A stretch of DNA of 64,000 nucleotides, taken from the IMG/VR virus record IMGVR_UViG_3300043021_000113; one strand, 5' to 3'. Within the stretch, counting starts at the first letter, position 1, and every line of letters begins with the position of its first letter. The translations under genes and the position numbers were made by a program. The notes under the pieces are model-generated. The model had not been told where the DNA came from and ran no database searches. It saw nothing but the letters and a program-made list of their open reading frames with translations. Source of the stretch: a virus (Duplodnaviria > Caudoviricetes). This document shows, piece by piece, positions 50,753 through 60,067 of the stretch.

Positions 50753-53700
50753 ATGTCTTGTGATAAATACGTTTTAAATTTAGAAAAAGGCCCAATAACT
50801 TTTGAGTCTAAGGAAGAACTTTCCCGATTTATAATGGACAATCGGGAAAGGCTTCAAAGAATAAAGAAAGATAATGGAATACATTTAAGCAAAGAGTTTC
50901 GAAAACAAGCTGAAGTTTTAGCTAAGCTTAAAAACATAAGTGATGCAATAAAACTTGATGAAAACAAATTTGATGAAAAAGAACTTGACCGTAAAGTTTC
51001 AAAAAGAGGTTATATATCTGTAACAAAAGCTATTACAAAAGAAGATTTAGGAGAAAAAGGAGTTCCTTTTGTAACTGGTTTTAATTTTGAAAATTATAAA
51101 AAGGTTGTTACTAAAAAGTTAGTAGAAGAGGGAGCAGATAAAACAAAAGTAGAAGAACACATCGAAAATTTAAAATATCAATGGGCTTTATTAGCTAAAT
51201 TTGGAACATCTTTCCATAAATACGCAGAGTTATTTTTTAGTTCTGATGATTCTTTCCAAGCAAGAAAGGATTTTATGGATTATGTAAAGAAAAAAGGCTT
51301 AGGTCTTGATGTTGTCGATATTTCAAACATGGGTGATTTACTAAGTAATGTTAAAAGAGCTTTATTACAACGATACGGAGAAAATGCACAATTTATTCCT
51401 GAGTTTAAAATAACTTCTAATAATAAAGAAGGAGAAAATTTCGTTGGAGTTATTGACTTATTAGTAATTACAGAAAACGGAGATGTTCACATTTGCGACT
51501 TTAAAACTTCTCCAAAAACCCATGATGAAGCAGACCAAGCAAAACAGCTTACTTATTCTTACCAGTTAGGCTTTTATCGTCAAATGTTAGCACAGCGTGG
51601 AATTTATATGGCACCAGCTGATCTTAACATTATTCCTGTAAGACTAGTTAATGTTGATTATCAAAAACAATCTTACGAAATAAACAGTACTTTTGGAGAA
51701 AGAGACATTGACACAAGAAACAGCGCTTCTGCTAATACTAGTTACGCAAAAAGCATTTATGAACAGTTAGCTTTGGCTAATGGTAAAATTACAAAAAGAG
51801 TTGAAGGTTTAATGCCTAATACTACAATATCCTTTAAAATGGACACATCAATTGCCGATAAACTAGACGGTGCTTATAAAACACTTTTTGGCTTTGATGG
51901 TTTAAATTCTAAAGGAGTAAATAGAAAATACACCTTGGATTATATAAAGAAAACTATTAAACAAGGAACAAATGGTAAATATGGAGTAAGAAATACTCAA
52001 ACAAACAAGACTGAGTATTACAATACCCGTGAAGAAGCAGAAAAGAAAGCTATTGAAATTTACAATGCTAACATGGAAAATCCGATTTCTTATGCGTTGG
52101 AGTTTTCCAGAAAATATAATGCAGCTTTAAAATCAAAAAAGAAAAGATTTGAATTTTCGGATGTAGCACAAGCTGAACGTTACAATAAGCTTTTTGGAAC
52201 TTATTTAGCTAATGAATACACCATTAATGAAGAATTATTAGATTTTGGAATAATTGTTTTTCAAAACGACATTTACAAAACAATTGATTTCTTCACGATA
52301 ACTGGTAATATTATAAAATTAAACAATAAGAGCTTTAAATATAAAGACAATGGAGCCAAAATTACTGGTAATTTAGTTCCTGATTCGGTAGTAAATGCAG
52401 ATGTTTTAGAAGCTGTAAACGGAAACGTTGATCTTATGAAAACAATGTTAGTTATTAATGAATTTCTAGCAAATAATGATGGAGAATATAAGGTTAATGG
52501 ATTAAAAGTCTATTGTGCACATAATGGACAATCTGCGGTTCAAATGAACAATGTTCTAAGAGAAAATTTCAGGCAACTTTTAATGTATGCAAGAAAGAAA
52601 AATCCGGATTTTAAACTTACAAATAACTTTGAAAATGGAAAAATTGAAATGGTTGATCCAATAGTTAAAGTTATAAACAAAATCGATGAAATAAGAAAAA
52701 TTGATGATAAAGTAAATCCTGATCTTTTAAATAAAGTTGAAAATAGATTAAAAGCAGTTAATAATTCTCCAAGAGATCAAAAAATACAATTATTGCATGA
52801 ATTATCAAATGAAGTAACAAATGATTTAATAGGTTACGGTGGAACTTTAATTGATCCTTTACATATTGACAACATGGCTTCTATGCTTTATGGTATGATT
52901 TATGAAGCAATGGCTGAAGAAGGAGGAATTTTAGCACAAATTGAATATAACGATACCCCAAAATATGCTTCTTTTAATTCTCAAATGTACACTTCTAACC
53001 AACAAACAAACAATAGAATTGTAAATGAATTTGAAATTAAAGTATTATCTAAATATAGAAACGACTTAAAAGAACATTTAACTTCTGAGTTAACACCAAT
53101 TGAAAAAGTTTGTTCTAATTATTTAATAAAACAAGGAAAAATTGATTCTTCTTTCAATGCTTTTAAATCTCTTGTTATTATGCAAGATGGAGACACTCCA
53201 ATTTTAAGAGTTCTTAATCCAGACACAGCAAATATAACACAAGAAGAAAAAGACTTTTTAAATTACTTTTTAAGAAAGATTAATGCTATAAGATATCCAA
53301 TTACTAAAGGAGACAAGAACAGCGAAGAAGCCAAACAATATATAGCAACTGGTGAATGGTTCGATATTCCTTTAATGGAAGCTGGTTTATTTTCTAAAAC
53401 AGCAAATGCTGGAGTAAAAGGATTTAAAAAGTGGATTAGCGATAAATGGGAACTTATGAAAAATCCTAACTCACTTTTTGAAACAAACAAAATTGAGAAA
53501 ATAGACGAAGAAAAAAATAAATTCTTAAAATATGTTAATAGTATGAAAATGAAGCGGGAAGACCGCGACAATTTTATTAGAAGCAGAGGTGTTGATTGGT
53601 TCTCAATAAATCTTGCAGAAGTATTAGCAGAATATACATATAAAAACATAGTTGAAGAAGAAACAAACAAAGTTCTTCCTTGGATTAGAACTTCAATTAT

Positions 53701-55222
53701 TCTTCAACATTGGTCAGCTTTAATGACTAACTCAGAAGTCAAAGAAGCTTGCGAAGTTTCAATGAAAAAATATCAATCGGACGTTTACAATGTTAATCAA
53801 ATATCAAAAGGAGAAGAACCAATTTATGGTGCATTTCAAGTTATAGATAACTTAATAAGCACAATGACCATTCCTTTTAACCCAAAAATGTTTGCACGAG
53901 AACTTATGACTGGACGATATAATAATTATTTAAGAACAGTCACTAAGTTTGGAGGTAGTTTATCTCCAAGTGTTCAAAATCTAACTAAAGCTTATGGATT
54001 CGTTGATCTTTACGCTGTTAAAGCATTAAGCGGAAATCAAAACAAGCTTTTTTATATGAATAAAAAATGGAATATTGGTGGTCGTGCAATGCGAGAAATG
54101 TTAGAATCACACAGAGCCAATACAGGAGAAGTTGCAAATATACTTGGAAGATCTGCTCCTAGTTATATATTAGCACAAATGACAGATTATGAACACCGAA
54201 TGGCTTTATTTTCTGCTTTTATGATGGAAGATGGAAGTTTTGATGCTTACGTTGAAGATAACGACAACAAAACTCTTGTTTATGATTTTAGCAAAGACAA
54301 ACGTTTTGATTTTATCAAAGAATGTGCAAAAACAGGAAAAGTTCCTGAAGGAAGAGCTAGAGATTTAGCAAAATATAATATGCTTTTAGCAGAATTTAAC
54401 GAACATCTACCAGATGATAAAAAATTAAAATTTGGAGATGATTTACCAGAAGGACTAACAGAAAAACAAATTTCAACATTTTTGAATATATCTAACCAGA
54501 TACACGGAAACATGGATGCAGACACACAGATGTTCTGGAAGCGTTATTTAGTGGGAAAAGTGTTTACTAAATTTCAAACGCACGTTTCAGCTAAAGCTAC
54601 AAACTTATTTTTAAAACCGGGTAAATATCAACGTTACGAAGAAATTTACATGGACGATCCAAACACTGGTCAACCATTATGGGTTAAAGTATCCAAAGAT
54701 CCTGAAACTGGAGAGTTTATAACCACTTATACCACAGATTATAACGACCCTGATTGTATAAAACAACGTGCAATTAAACTTGACATTGTAGGTGAAGCTG
54801 GGACTTTTTATGCTCTTAAGGATGCTTTCAAGCTGCTTTCTTCTGAAAATAGAGCTGAAGACTGGGAAACATTAAAAAATGATGAAGCAAAAATGCGTGG
54901 TTTACGTTTCTTGGTTTCTGATTTATTCTGTTTTCTTACTATGGGCTTATTTGCTAGTCTTGCTGGTTTAAAAGCTATGAGAAAAGAAGATAGGTTCAAG
55001 TATGATATTATGAAAGAAATGTTGGTTACTCCAACAACTGAAAATAACCCATTATTACTTGCAATGGGTGTTATTAATACCATAAATGCTCCAATAACGA
55101 GTATCTCTAAGAAATGGGCAACAAATACAATGGACTTTATAACAAGTGAGAATTATCAACTAAAAAATTATGTTTATAATACTTACGGATTCGGTAAGTT
55201 TGTTGGACCATTTCTTAATTAA
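50753..55222 (+). CDS. Giant protein with N-terminal PD-(D/E)xK nuclease domain
   Basis: 1489 aa; GTSFHKYAE, IPEF, GVIDLL, ICDFKT, YSYQLGFY; C-terminal hydrophobic segment. Confidence 0.75.
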   Translation: MSCDKYVLNLEKGPITFESKEELSRFIMDNRERLQRIKKDNGIHLSKEFRKQAEVLAKLKNISDAIKLDENKFDEKELDRKVSKRGYISVTKAITKEDLGEKGVPFVTGFNFENYKKVVTKKLVEEGADKTKVEEHIENLKYQWALLAKFGTSFHKYAELFFSSDDSFQARKDFMDYVKKKGLGLDVVDISNMGDLLSNVKRALLQRYGENAQFIPEFKITSNNKEGENFVGVIDLLVITENGDVHICDFKTSPKTHDEADQAKQLTYSYQLGFYRQMLAQRGIYMAPADLNIIPVRLVNVDYQKQSYEINSTFGERDIDTRNSASANTSYAKSIYEQLALANGKITKRVEGLMPNTTISFKMDTSIADKLDGAYKTLFGFDGLNSKGVNRKYTLDYIKKTIKQGTNGKYGVRNTQTNKTEYYNTREEAEKKAIEIYNANMENPISYALEFSRKYNAALKSKKKRFEFSDVAQAERYNKLFGTYLANEYTINEELLDFGIIVFQNDIYKTIDFFTITGNIIKLNNKSFKYKDNGAKITGNLVPDSVVNADVLEAVNGNVDLMKTMLVINEFLANNDGEYKVNGLKVYCAHNGQSAVQMNNVLRENFRQLLMYARKKNPDFKLTNNFENGKIEMVDPIVKVINKIDEIRKIDDKVNPDLLNKVENRLKAVNNSPRDQKIQLLHELSNEVTNDLIGYGGTLIDPLHIDNMASMLYGMIYEAMAEEGGILAQIEYNDTPKYASFNSQMYTSNQQTNNRIVNEFEIKVLSKYRNDLKEHLTSELTPIEKVCSNYLIKQGKIDSSFNAFKSLVIMQDGDTPILRVLNPDTANITQEEKDFLNYFLRKINAIRYPITKGDKNSEEAKQYIATGEWFDIPLMEAGLFSKTANAGVKGFKKWISDKWELMKNPNSLFETNKIEKIDEEKNKFLKYVNSMKMKREDRDNFIRSRGVDWFSINLAEVLAEYTYKNIVEEETNKVLPWIRTSIILQHWSALMTNSEVKEACEVSMKKYQSDVYNVNQISKGEEPIYGAFQVIDNLISTMTIPFNPKMFARELMTGRYNNYLRTVTKFGGSLSPSVQNLTKAYGFVDLYAVKALSGNQNKLFYMNKKWNIGGRAMREMLESHRANTGEVANILGRSAPSYILAQMTDYEHRMALFSAFMMEDGSFDAYVEDNDNKTLVYDFSKDKRFDFIKECAKTGKVPEGRARDLAKYNMLLAEFNEHLPDDKKLKFGDDLPEGLTEKQISTFLNISNQIHGNMDADTQMFWKRYLVGKVFTKFQTHVSAKATNLFLKPGKYQRYEEIYMDDPNTGQPLWVKVSKDPETGEFITTYTTDYNDPDCIKQRAIKLDIVGEAGTFYALKDAFKLLSSENRAEDWETLKNDEAKMRGLRFLVSDLFCFLTMGLFASLAGLKAMRKEDRFKYDIMKEMLVTPTTENNPLLLAMGVINTINAPITSISKKWATNTMDFITSENYQLKNYVYNTYGFGKFVGPFLN

Positions 55223-55224
55223 AG

Positions 55225-55286
55225 AAAAAAAATAGCCCCTTATACAGAAAAATTGCTTTCTCTGCATAAGGGGCTAAAATCTTTTT
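55225..55286. terminator. Bidirectional terminator at the convergence of the two transcription units
   Basis: TAGCCCCTTAT.CAGA...TCTGCATAAGGGGCTA stem flanked by A and T tracts. Confidence 0.8.
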
Positions 55287-55292
55287 AAAGGG

Positions 55293-56087
55293 TTAATCAA
55301 AATTAAATTCGCGCATTCGTGTTAAAACTGTTGTTCCTGTTTTTCCATCTTTACTCCATCCTTTATCGTCAAGGTCAACACCAGCAAGCGCTTTTCTTAC
55401 TCCACCATTTCCTCCTAACCATGCACCAGCTAAAATTGCATTATCAGTGTAACCTTGTTCTTTTGCTTTTTTTCTGTCATCTTCTGACATTCCAGCTAAA
55501 AATGAATCTGCAAGTTTATTTGCAGCTAAAATTTGAATTTTAGGATTATTTCTGAACTCATCAATGCTTACTCCTGCGTATTTATCAATATTGTTCCAAG
55601 ATCTACCTTTAGCGGAACCTTGCATAAATTGAAATAATCCATAAGCAGGGGCACCTTGCTTATTTTGTATTGTATGGTTAAATCCGGATTCTGCAGCTGC
55701 AATTCTAGTTAAAAATTCTCTACGTTTTGCAATTTCTGGGTTTTCTTTTATTGCCTCATCCATTGCTGCATCAAAAGCTGCTTTATTCTTATATTTTGAA
55801 AAGTCTTTTGTTGAAGTAGTTTTACTTACTATTGGTTTAATTAAATTTACTTTTTTATCATCAATTACTTTAGGAGTTTTTATTTCTTCTTTGGTTGTTA
55901 TATTTTGTTTTTCTTCTTTCTTTTCTAATGGTGTATAATCAAAAGTTACATTATAACTTTTGGCTTGTGGTTTTGTATAATCAGAAAATGTGTTAATTTC
56001 TGGATTACTTACCCTTTGATAATTGAAAAAATCATCGTCTAATTCTGACAAATTAATTGGTTTATATGTGCTATAATTGTTCTTCAT
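55293..56087 (-). CDS. Lysozyme-like / SLT-domain transglycosylase
   Basis: IAAAESGFN..QN..AYGLFQFM; ATG 56087 preferred (the upstream extension overlaps the promoter). Confidence 0.8.
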   Translation of the reverse strand: MKNNYSTYKPINLSELDDDFFNYQRVSNPEINTFSDYTKPQAKSYNVTFDYTPLEKKEEKQNITTKEEIKTPKVIDDKKVNLIKPIVSKTTSTKDFSKYKNKAAFDAAMDEAIKENPEIAKRREFLTRIAAAESGFNHTIQNKQGAPAYGLFQFMQGSAKGRSWNNIDKYAGVSIDEFRNNPKIQILAANKLADSFLAGMSEDDRKKAKEQGYTDNAILAGAWLGGNGGVRKALAGVDLDDKGWSKDGKTGTTVLTRMREFNFD

Positions 56088-56101
56088 AAAAATTTTTTCT
56101 G

Positions 56102-56133
56102 CAAAAATAAGAAAAAAAAATGGGGGAAGCAAG
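56102..56133 (-). promoter_or_regulatory. Bacteroidota-type promoter for the SLT gene
   Basis: Minus strand CTTG - N20 - TATTTTTG, 14 nt upstream of ATG 56087. Confidence 0.55.
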
Positions 56134-56153
56134 CTTTACGCTCACTTCCCCCT
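56112..56153 (-). terminator. Rho-independent terminator
   Basis: Minus strand GGGGGAAG...CTTCCCCCA followed by T9. Confidence 0.75.
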
Positions 56154-56161
56154 AAAATCTT

Positions 56162-57151
56162 TTATTCTATGTTATAATCAAATTTAATGTTGTACAATTC
56201 GGTTTCGTTATTTTGAATCATTCTGTTTATTTCTTCTTTCATTAAATCAACAAGTATTGTTCTTGCTTCTTCTTTGTCTTCTTCATTTACTGCTTGTTCG
56301 TAAAATTTACGCATAGTTAACTTTATATTGCTAACTTCAAAATGTCCTGTGTTATAAAATCCCAATTGATCTAAAATATTTTTCCAAACTGCAGATTGTA
56401 ATTTACCATAAGCTTTATGTCTTATATCTTGAAGATTAGGCTTTATAATATTATAAATTTTTACTCTATTATTTATAATATTAAAATTTATTAACATATC
56501 AATTCCTAAGCTTATATTTTGTGCGTCTTTACTTTTTAATAAGTTAGAAATATTTTTTAAACTCTCAGCATCTGGAGTTAAATTATCATTTGCTAAATAT
56601 TTTTCTAAAACAGTTTTATCAACTAAAGGTAAAGTTGCATTTTCAACTGTTCTTATTTTATCAAGATTTTTCTTACTTTCTCTTCTAATTGGAATTCTTC
56701 CAAGACTAGCTGTTCCTTCTGGAAGAATATTTTTACTTATCAAAAAGCTTAAAATGTCACCTTCTTTTACATTCTTATTTTTTGTTATGTTTTCAATAAG
56801 TACAACATCCCAAGGCTGGAATGCATAATAAAGATCATCCGGTGTTTTAAATACATAATAACGATTCGGATAACGAGAACCTGGTTCTAAATGTTCAGTT
56901 ATTATTACTTCCGCTTTCTTTTCTGTGCAATTTTTGAATTTTTCATTATCTTTAATTTTAAATCTTGGAAAGCTAACATTCTTTCCAATATATATATTTT
57001 TAACATTGCTTAAATCATAATCTTTTAATATTTTTTTATTTAAAGCTTCAAAATCAATGTCTAATTGAACGTTTGTAAACCGTTGTTCAATTTTAAATAA
57101 ATTTGAATCATAACTTCTTACTATTTGATAATATGTCGTTAATTCTATCAT
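56162..57151 (-). CDS. Hypothetical protein (paralog of 57879..58856)
   Basis: 329 aa; IYIGKNVSFPRFKIK..KKAEVII. Confidence 0.7.
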   Translation of the reverse strand: MIELTTYYQIVRSYDSNLFKIEQRFTNVQLDIDFEALNKKILKDYDLSNVKNIYIGKNVSFPRFKIKDNEKFKNCTEKKAEVIITEHLEPGSRYPNRYYVFKTPDDLYYAFQPWDVVLIENITKNKNVKEGDILSFLISKNILPEGTASLGRIPIRRESKKNLDKIRTVENATLPLVDKTVLEKYLANDNLTPDAESLKNISNLLKSKDAQNISLGIDMLINFNIINNRVKIYNIIKPNLQDIRHKAYGKLQSAVWKNILDQLGFYNTGHFEVSNIKLTMRKFYEQAVNEEDKEEARTILVDLMKEEINRMIQNNETELYNIKFDYNIE

Positions 57152-57729
57152 TTCGTAATATTTATAACTTTTGTTTCACTTGTTCCGCAATCGTTAACAG
57201 TTGTTATTAACAATTTTCTTTTTTTAAATAACCTCCACCAAGGTTTTTTCTCATAATGCACTATATAATAACTGTTGTTTTCAGTTTCTAATTCGTGCAA
57301 GTTTACAGTAGTTGACTGATCTTTAGTTAAAGCATAAATTACCGCTTTATAACAAGCAGAATCAACAGTAAATTTTAATTTATACAATGAGTCATTTTCA
57401 ACTTTTACTTCTTCAGCAGGCATAAAAACAGTGTCTATTATACTAACAACTGTTTTATTATTTACTAATTGTTTAATATCTTTTAATTTGATATCATGTG
57501 CTTTTGTCACACTGTCTATTTCTTGCTTAAATTGTGTGTTAAGATCTCCTATATAATCTGTTAATTCTTTTTTGCTTAATTCTAACGTATAATTATCACT
57601 TTCTAACTGTTTAAAATTTGTTGTTGTTTTTTCTAATTGTTCTTTTGTTTCTGATAATTCGTTTTTAAGAACATAAACTAAGCCAGTAAGACTTGAAATA
57701 ATAAGAATTTCAATTATTAGACGTTTCAT
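57148..57729 (-). CDS. N-terminal TM + coiled-coil protein, putative spanin-like lysis protein
   Basis: Hydrophobic N-terminus, heptad region, basic/aromatic KKPWWRLFKKRK near the C-terminus. Confidence 0.5.
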   Translation of the reverse strand: MKRLIIEILIISSLTGLVYVLKNELSETKEQLEKTTTNFKQLESDNYTLELSKKELTDYIGDLNTQFKQEIDSVTKAHDIKLKDIKQLVNNKTVVSIIDTVFMPAEEVKVENDSLYKLKFTVDSACYKAVIYALTKDQSTTVNLHELETENNSYYIVHYEKKPWWRLFKKRKLLITTVNDCGTSETKVINITK

Positions 57730-57886
57730 TTTTTAAAATTTTAGTGATTTTTTCTATCTCTTCCAAATAAAAAGGAGCTCTCTTTGGTTCTTTTAAAACT
57801 TTAAGTTTGAGTTCATTTTTTACTTTCTTATAATATCTTATTATTTGTTCCTTATCATCCAGCTTGTAGTTTATTAATTCAGCCAT
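57710..57886 (-). CDS. Small hypothetical protein (58 aa), absent from the ORF track
   Basis: MAELINYKLDDKEQIIRYYKKVKNELKLKVLKEPKRAPFYLEEIEKITKILKNETSNN*; fills the gap and overlaps both neighbours. Confidence 0.6.
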   Translation of the reverse strand: MAELINYKLDDKEQIIRYYKKVKNELKLKVLKEPKRAPFYLEEIEKITKILKNETSNN

Positions 57887-58856
57887 TATTTACTATTTTA
57901 AAATCAAGTTTACAATCTATAATATCTAAGGATTCTTCTTCTATCTTTATAATTCGTTTTAATTCATTTTCTATGTATGTAATATAAGCTTTTTTTGCAA
58001 TTTCTTTGTCAAATTCAGATATTGCATTTTTAACCATCCATCGATAATTTATAGTATCATATACATCAACTTTTAAAATTTCAATTATATTCTTATAAAT
58101 TCCAAATCGTGTTCCTTGTTTGCTTAAAGTAAAATAATTCTTACTTAATAAATAATAAACACTAACTTTGTATTTTTCAACATTAATTAAATTTAAAGCA
58201 TTAAGTCCCAATTTTACTGTGTCATATTGTCTTAATAATCCATCGATATTTTCGAACATTTCCATTGTTAAATCTTCGTTTTTGTTTTCTACATAAGATC
58301 TTAGAACGGAAATATCAATTATCTTGTCCGAATCTTGAATTAATTTTAAGATTTCTAATTCATCATTACAAATAGACATTGCTTGGGTAATTTCTACTTC
58401 TGTATTATCAAAGATCCCCTCTTGCTGATAATATTTTATTATGTCTTTATCTTCAATTATGCCATGGGTGTTAGGAGTTATTTGATTAGAAGATGTTTTG
58501 AGTTTTTGACGCAAACACCATTGGCCAACATGGTTTATATATATAATGTCATTTTGCAAATAACATATAAAAAAACCTCTGTTAAATTCTTTGAAGTTTA
58601 TTACTGTATAATCAGCTTTTAGGGGATCTTTGGTTACCTTTATAAGGCCCTTTAACTTTTCTCTAGGAAAAGAAAGGCCCTTATCTAAATATATTGTTTT
58701 ATTTTCAAGATCTCTTATTTTTTTAACTTTATTTTGTAAAGTTTCGAAATCTTCTTTTACTAAAGCATGCCACTTGAAAGTATCATCATAAACTCTTATT
58801 TCATATTGGTTGTTATCCATATAATCATAAGAGATACGTTTTAATTTTTTAAACAT
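57879..58856 (-). CDS. Hypothetical protein (paralog of 56162..57151)
   Basis: 325 aa; IYLDKGLSFPREKLK..KADYTVI. Confidence 0.7.
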   Translation of the reverse strand: MFKKLKRISYDYMDNNQYEIRVYDDTFKWHALVKEDFETLQNKVKKIRDLENKTIYLDKGLSFPREKLKGLIKVTKDPLKADYTVINFKEFNRGFFICYLQNDIIYINHVGQWCLRQKLKTSSNQITPNTHGIIEDKDIIKYYQQEGIFDNTEVEITQAMSICNDELEILKLIQDSDKIIDISVLRSYVENKNEDLTMEMFENIDGLLRQYDTVKLGLNALNLINVEKYKVSVYYLLSKNYFTLSKQGTRFGIYKNIIEILKVDVYDTINYRWMVKNAISEFDKEIAKKAYITYIENELKRIIKIEEESLDIIDCKLDFKIVNNG

Positions 58857-59427
58857 TTAAAATCTGATCTATTATGTAAATAATCTGTTTTTGTTCTTTA
58901 TCATAAGAATTTTCTTTCTTATAATTTATTATTTCAAAGTCTGCTTTATAATTATTTAAAGCATTTTCGCTTATGTCTTGATCTTCTGCTGTTTCTTCTG
59001 GATTTATTATTTTAACAATAAATCCACCTTTTGACTTTATAGCCTCAACTTCATTTGGAAATCTTACATCTGTAATTAAAGCATGATCTACAATTTTATT
59101 CATTGCCAAATTTACAAAAATATTTTCTCCTAACGAAGTTTTCATTGATTGTCCGAATGTTTGCATTATTTTTCTAATGCTTATTGCATCTGGAGCTTCT
59201 TTTAAAGCCTTAACTTTACCTGAATTTATATCGAAACCGTAAAGATCTTTTGCGCTAGTATGTAAATAATACCTGGGAATCTCAAGCATTACTGCTATTC
59301 CTTCTTTTAAACTATCAGCAAATGCTATTCGTTTAGCTAATATTTTACGTTGGAATAATTCTTGTTGAAACATCCCTGCGATAAAGTCTTTTCCTGCGCC
59401 TTTTTTTCCTGCAAAACCAATAATCAT
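58849..59427 (-). CDS. Deoxynucleoside monophosphate kinase (T4 gp1-like)
   Basis: IIGFAGKKGAGKD, FADSLK, RKIMQTFG, LITDVRFPNE. Confidence 0.88.
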   Translation of the reverse strand: MIIGFAGKKGAGKDFIAGMFQQELFQRKILAKRIAFADSLKEGIAVMLEIPRYYLHTSAKDLYGFDINSGKVKALKEAPDAISIRKIMQTFGQSMKTSLGENIFVNLAMNKIVDHALITDVRFPNEVEAIKSKGGFIVKIINPEETAEDQDISENALNNYKADFEIINYKKENSYDKEQKQIIYIIDQILNV

Positions 59428-59530
59428 AAAATAAAAATTTAATATAATATGTTATTAAAAAGAGAGATCCTGCGCATAAAAGCACAAGACCTCCCAAAAC
59501 GAGAAATAAGCAATGATAAGCCGTTTTCAT
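59345..59530 (-). CDS. Possible small membrane protein
   Basis: 61 aa with a hydrophobic stretch; fills the intergenic gap but its tail overlaps the dNMP kinase gene. Confidence 0.35.
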   Translation of the reverse strand: MKTAYHCLFLVLGGLVLLCAGSLFLITYYIKFLFYDYWFCRKKRRRKRLYRRDVSTRIIPT

Positions 59531-59536
59531 GTTTGT

Positions 59537-60067
59537 TTATACTTGCTTAGCAAGCATCATTTTTCCTTTTTTAGTAAGTGAATCTATATGATAAGGGATA
59601 AAATATTTTGTATCCTCCCAAATTTTACTTGTTCTTGACCAAGCACCGTTAAATTTTAAGCTTTTTAATAAATCAAACTTGCAATTTTCATTATATGCAT
59701 AATTTAGCATCCATTCCCAATATTCTAAGCTAATATCATTTTTAAAGCCTAATTCATCTTTTCCTATTTGTACGAATTCAAAATAGAATGTTATTCTATT
59801 AAAAATGTTTATTGAAATATAAGGATTGGTTTCATGTCTAAAATCCGAATATTTAGTTTTCCATCCTAAATCTTCACATTCAAAATCAAAAATTCTAGCA
59901 TTCCAACGCCATTTCTGCCTGTAAACATCAAATTTAACTTTTGGTCTTTTAAAATATTTTCTATTACTCCACCAAAACTTCAATGGTAAACTTAGAAAAA
60001 CAAATTTAAACCATTTTGTTTCTTCTTTAGCAAAGCTCTTTTTCTGAGAATTGTTTTCTGAGTTCAT
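59537..60067 (-). CDS. Hypothetical aromatic-rich protein
   Basis: ORF 59537..60142; ATG 60067 minimises the overlap with thyX; start uncertain. Confidence 0.6.
   Translation of the reverse strand: MNSENNSQKKSFAKEETKWFKFVFLSLPLKFWWSNRKYFKRPKVKFDVYRQKWRWNARIFDFECEDLGWKTKYSDFRHETNPYISINIFNRITFYFEFVQIGKDELGFKNDISLEYWEWMLNYAYNENCKFDLLKSLKFNGAWSRTSKIWEDTKYFIPYHIDSLTKKGKMMLAKQV

Noticed and set aside
20397-55083. Numerous 60-135 aa minus-strand ORFs inside the giant genes
   Set aside because: Ser/Phe/Leu-rich antisense shadows expected from the codon bias of the + strand genes.
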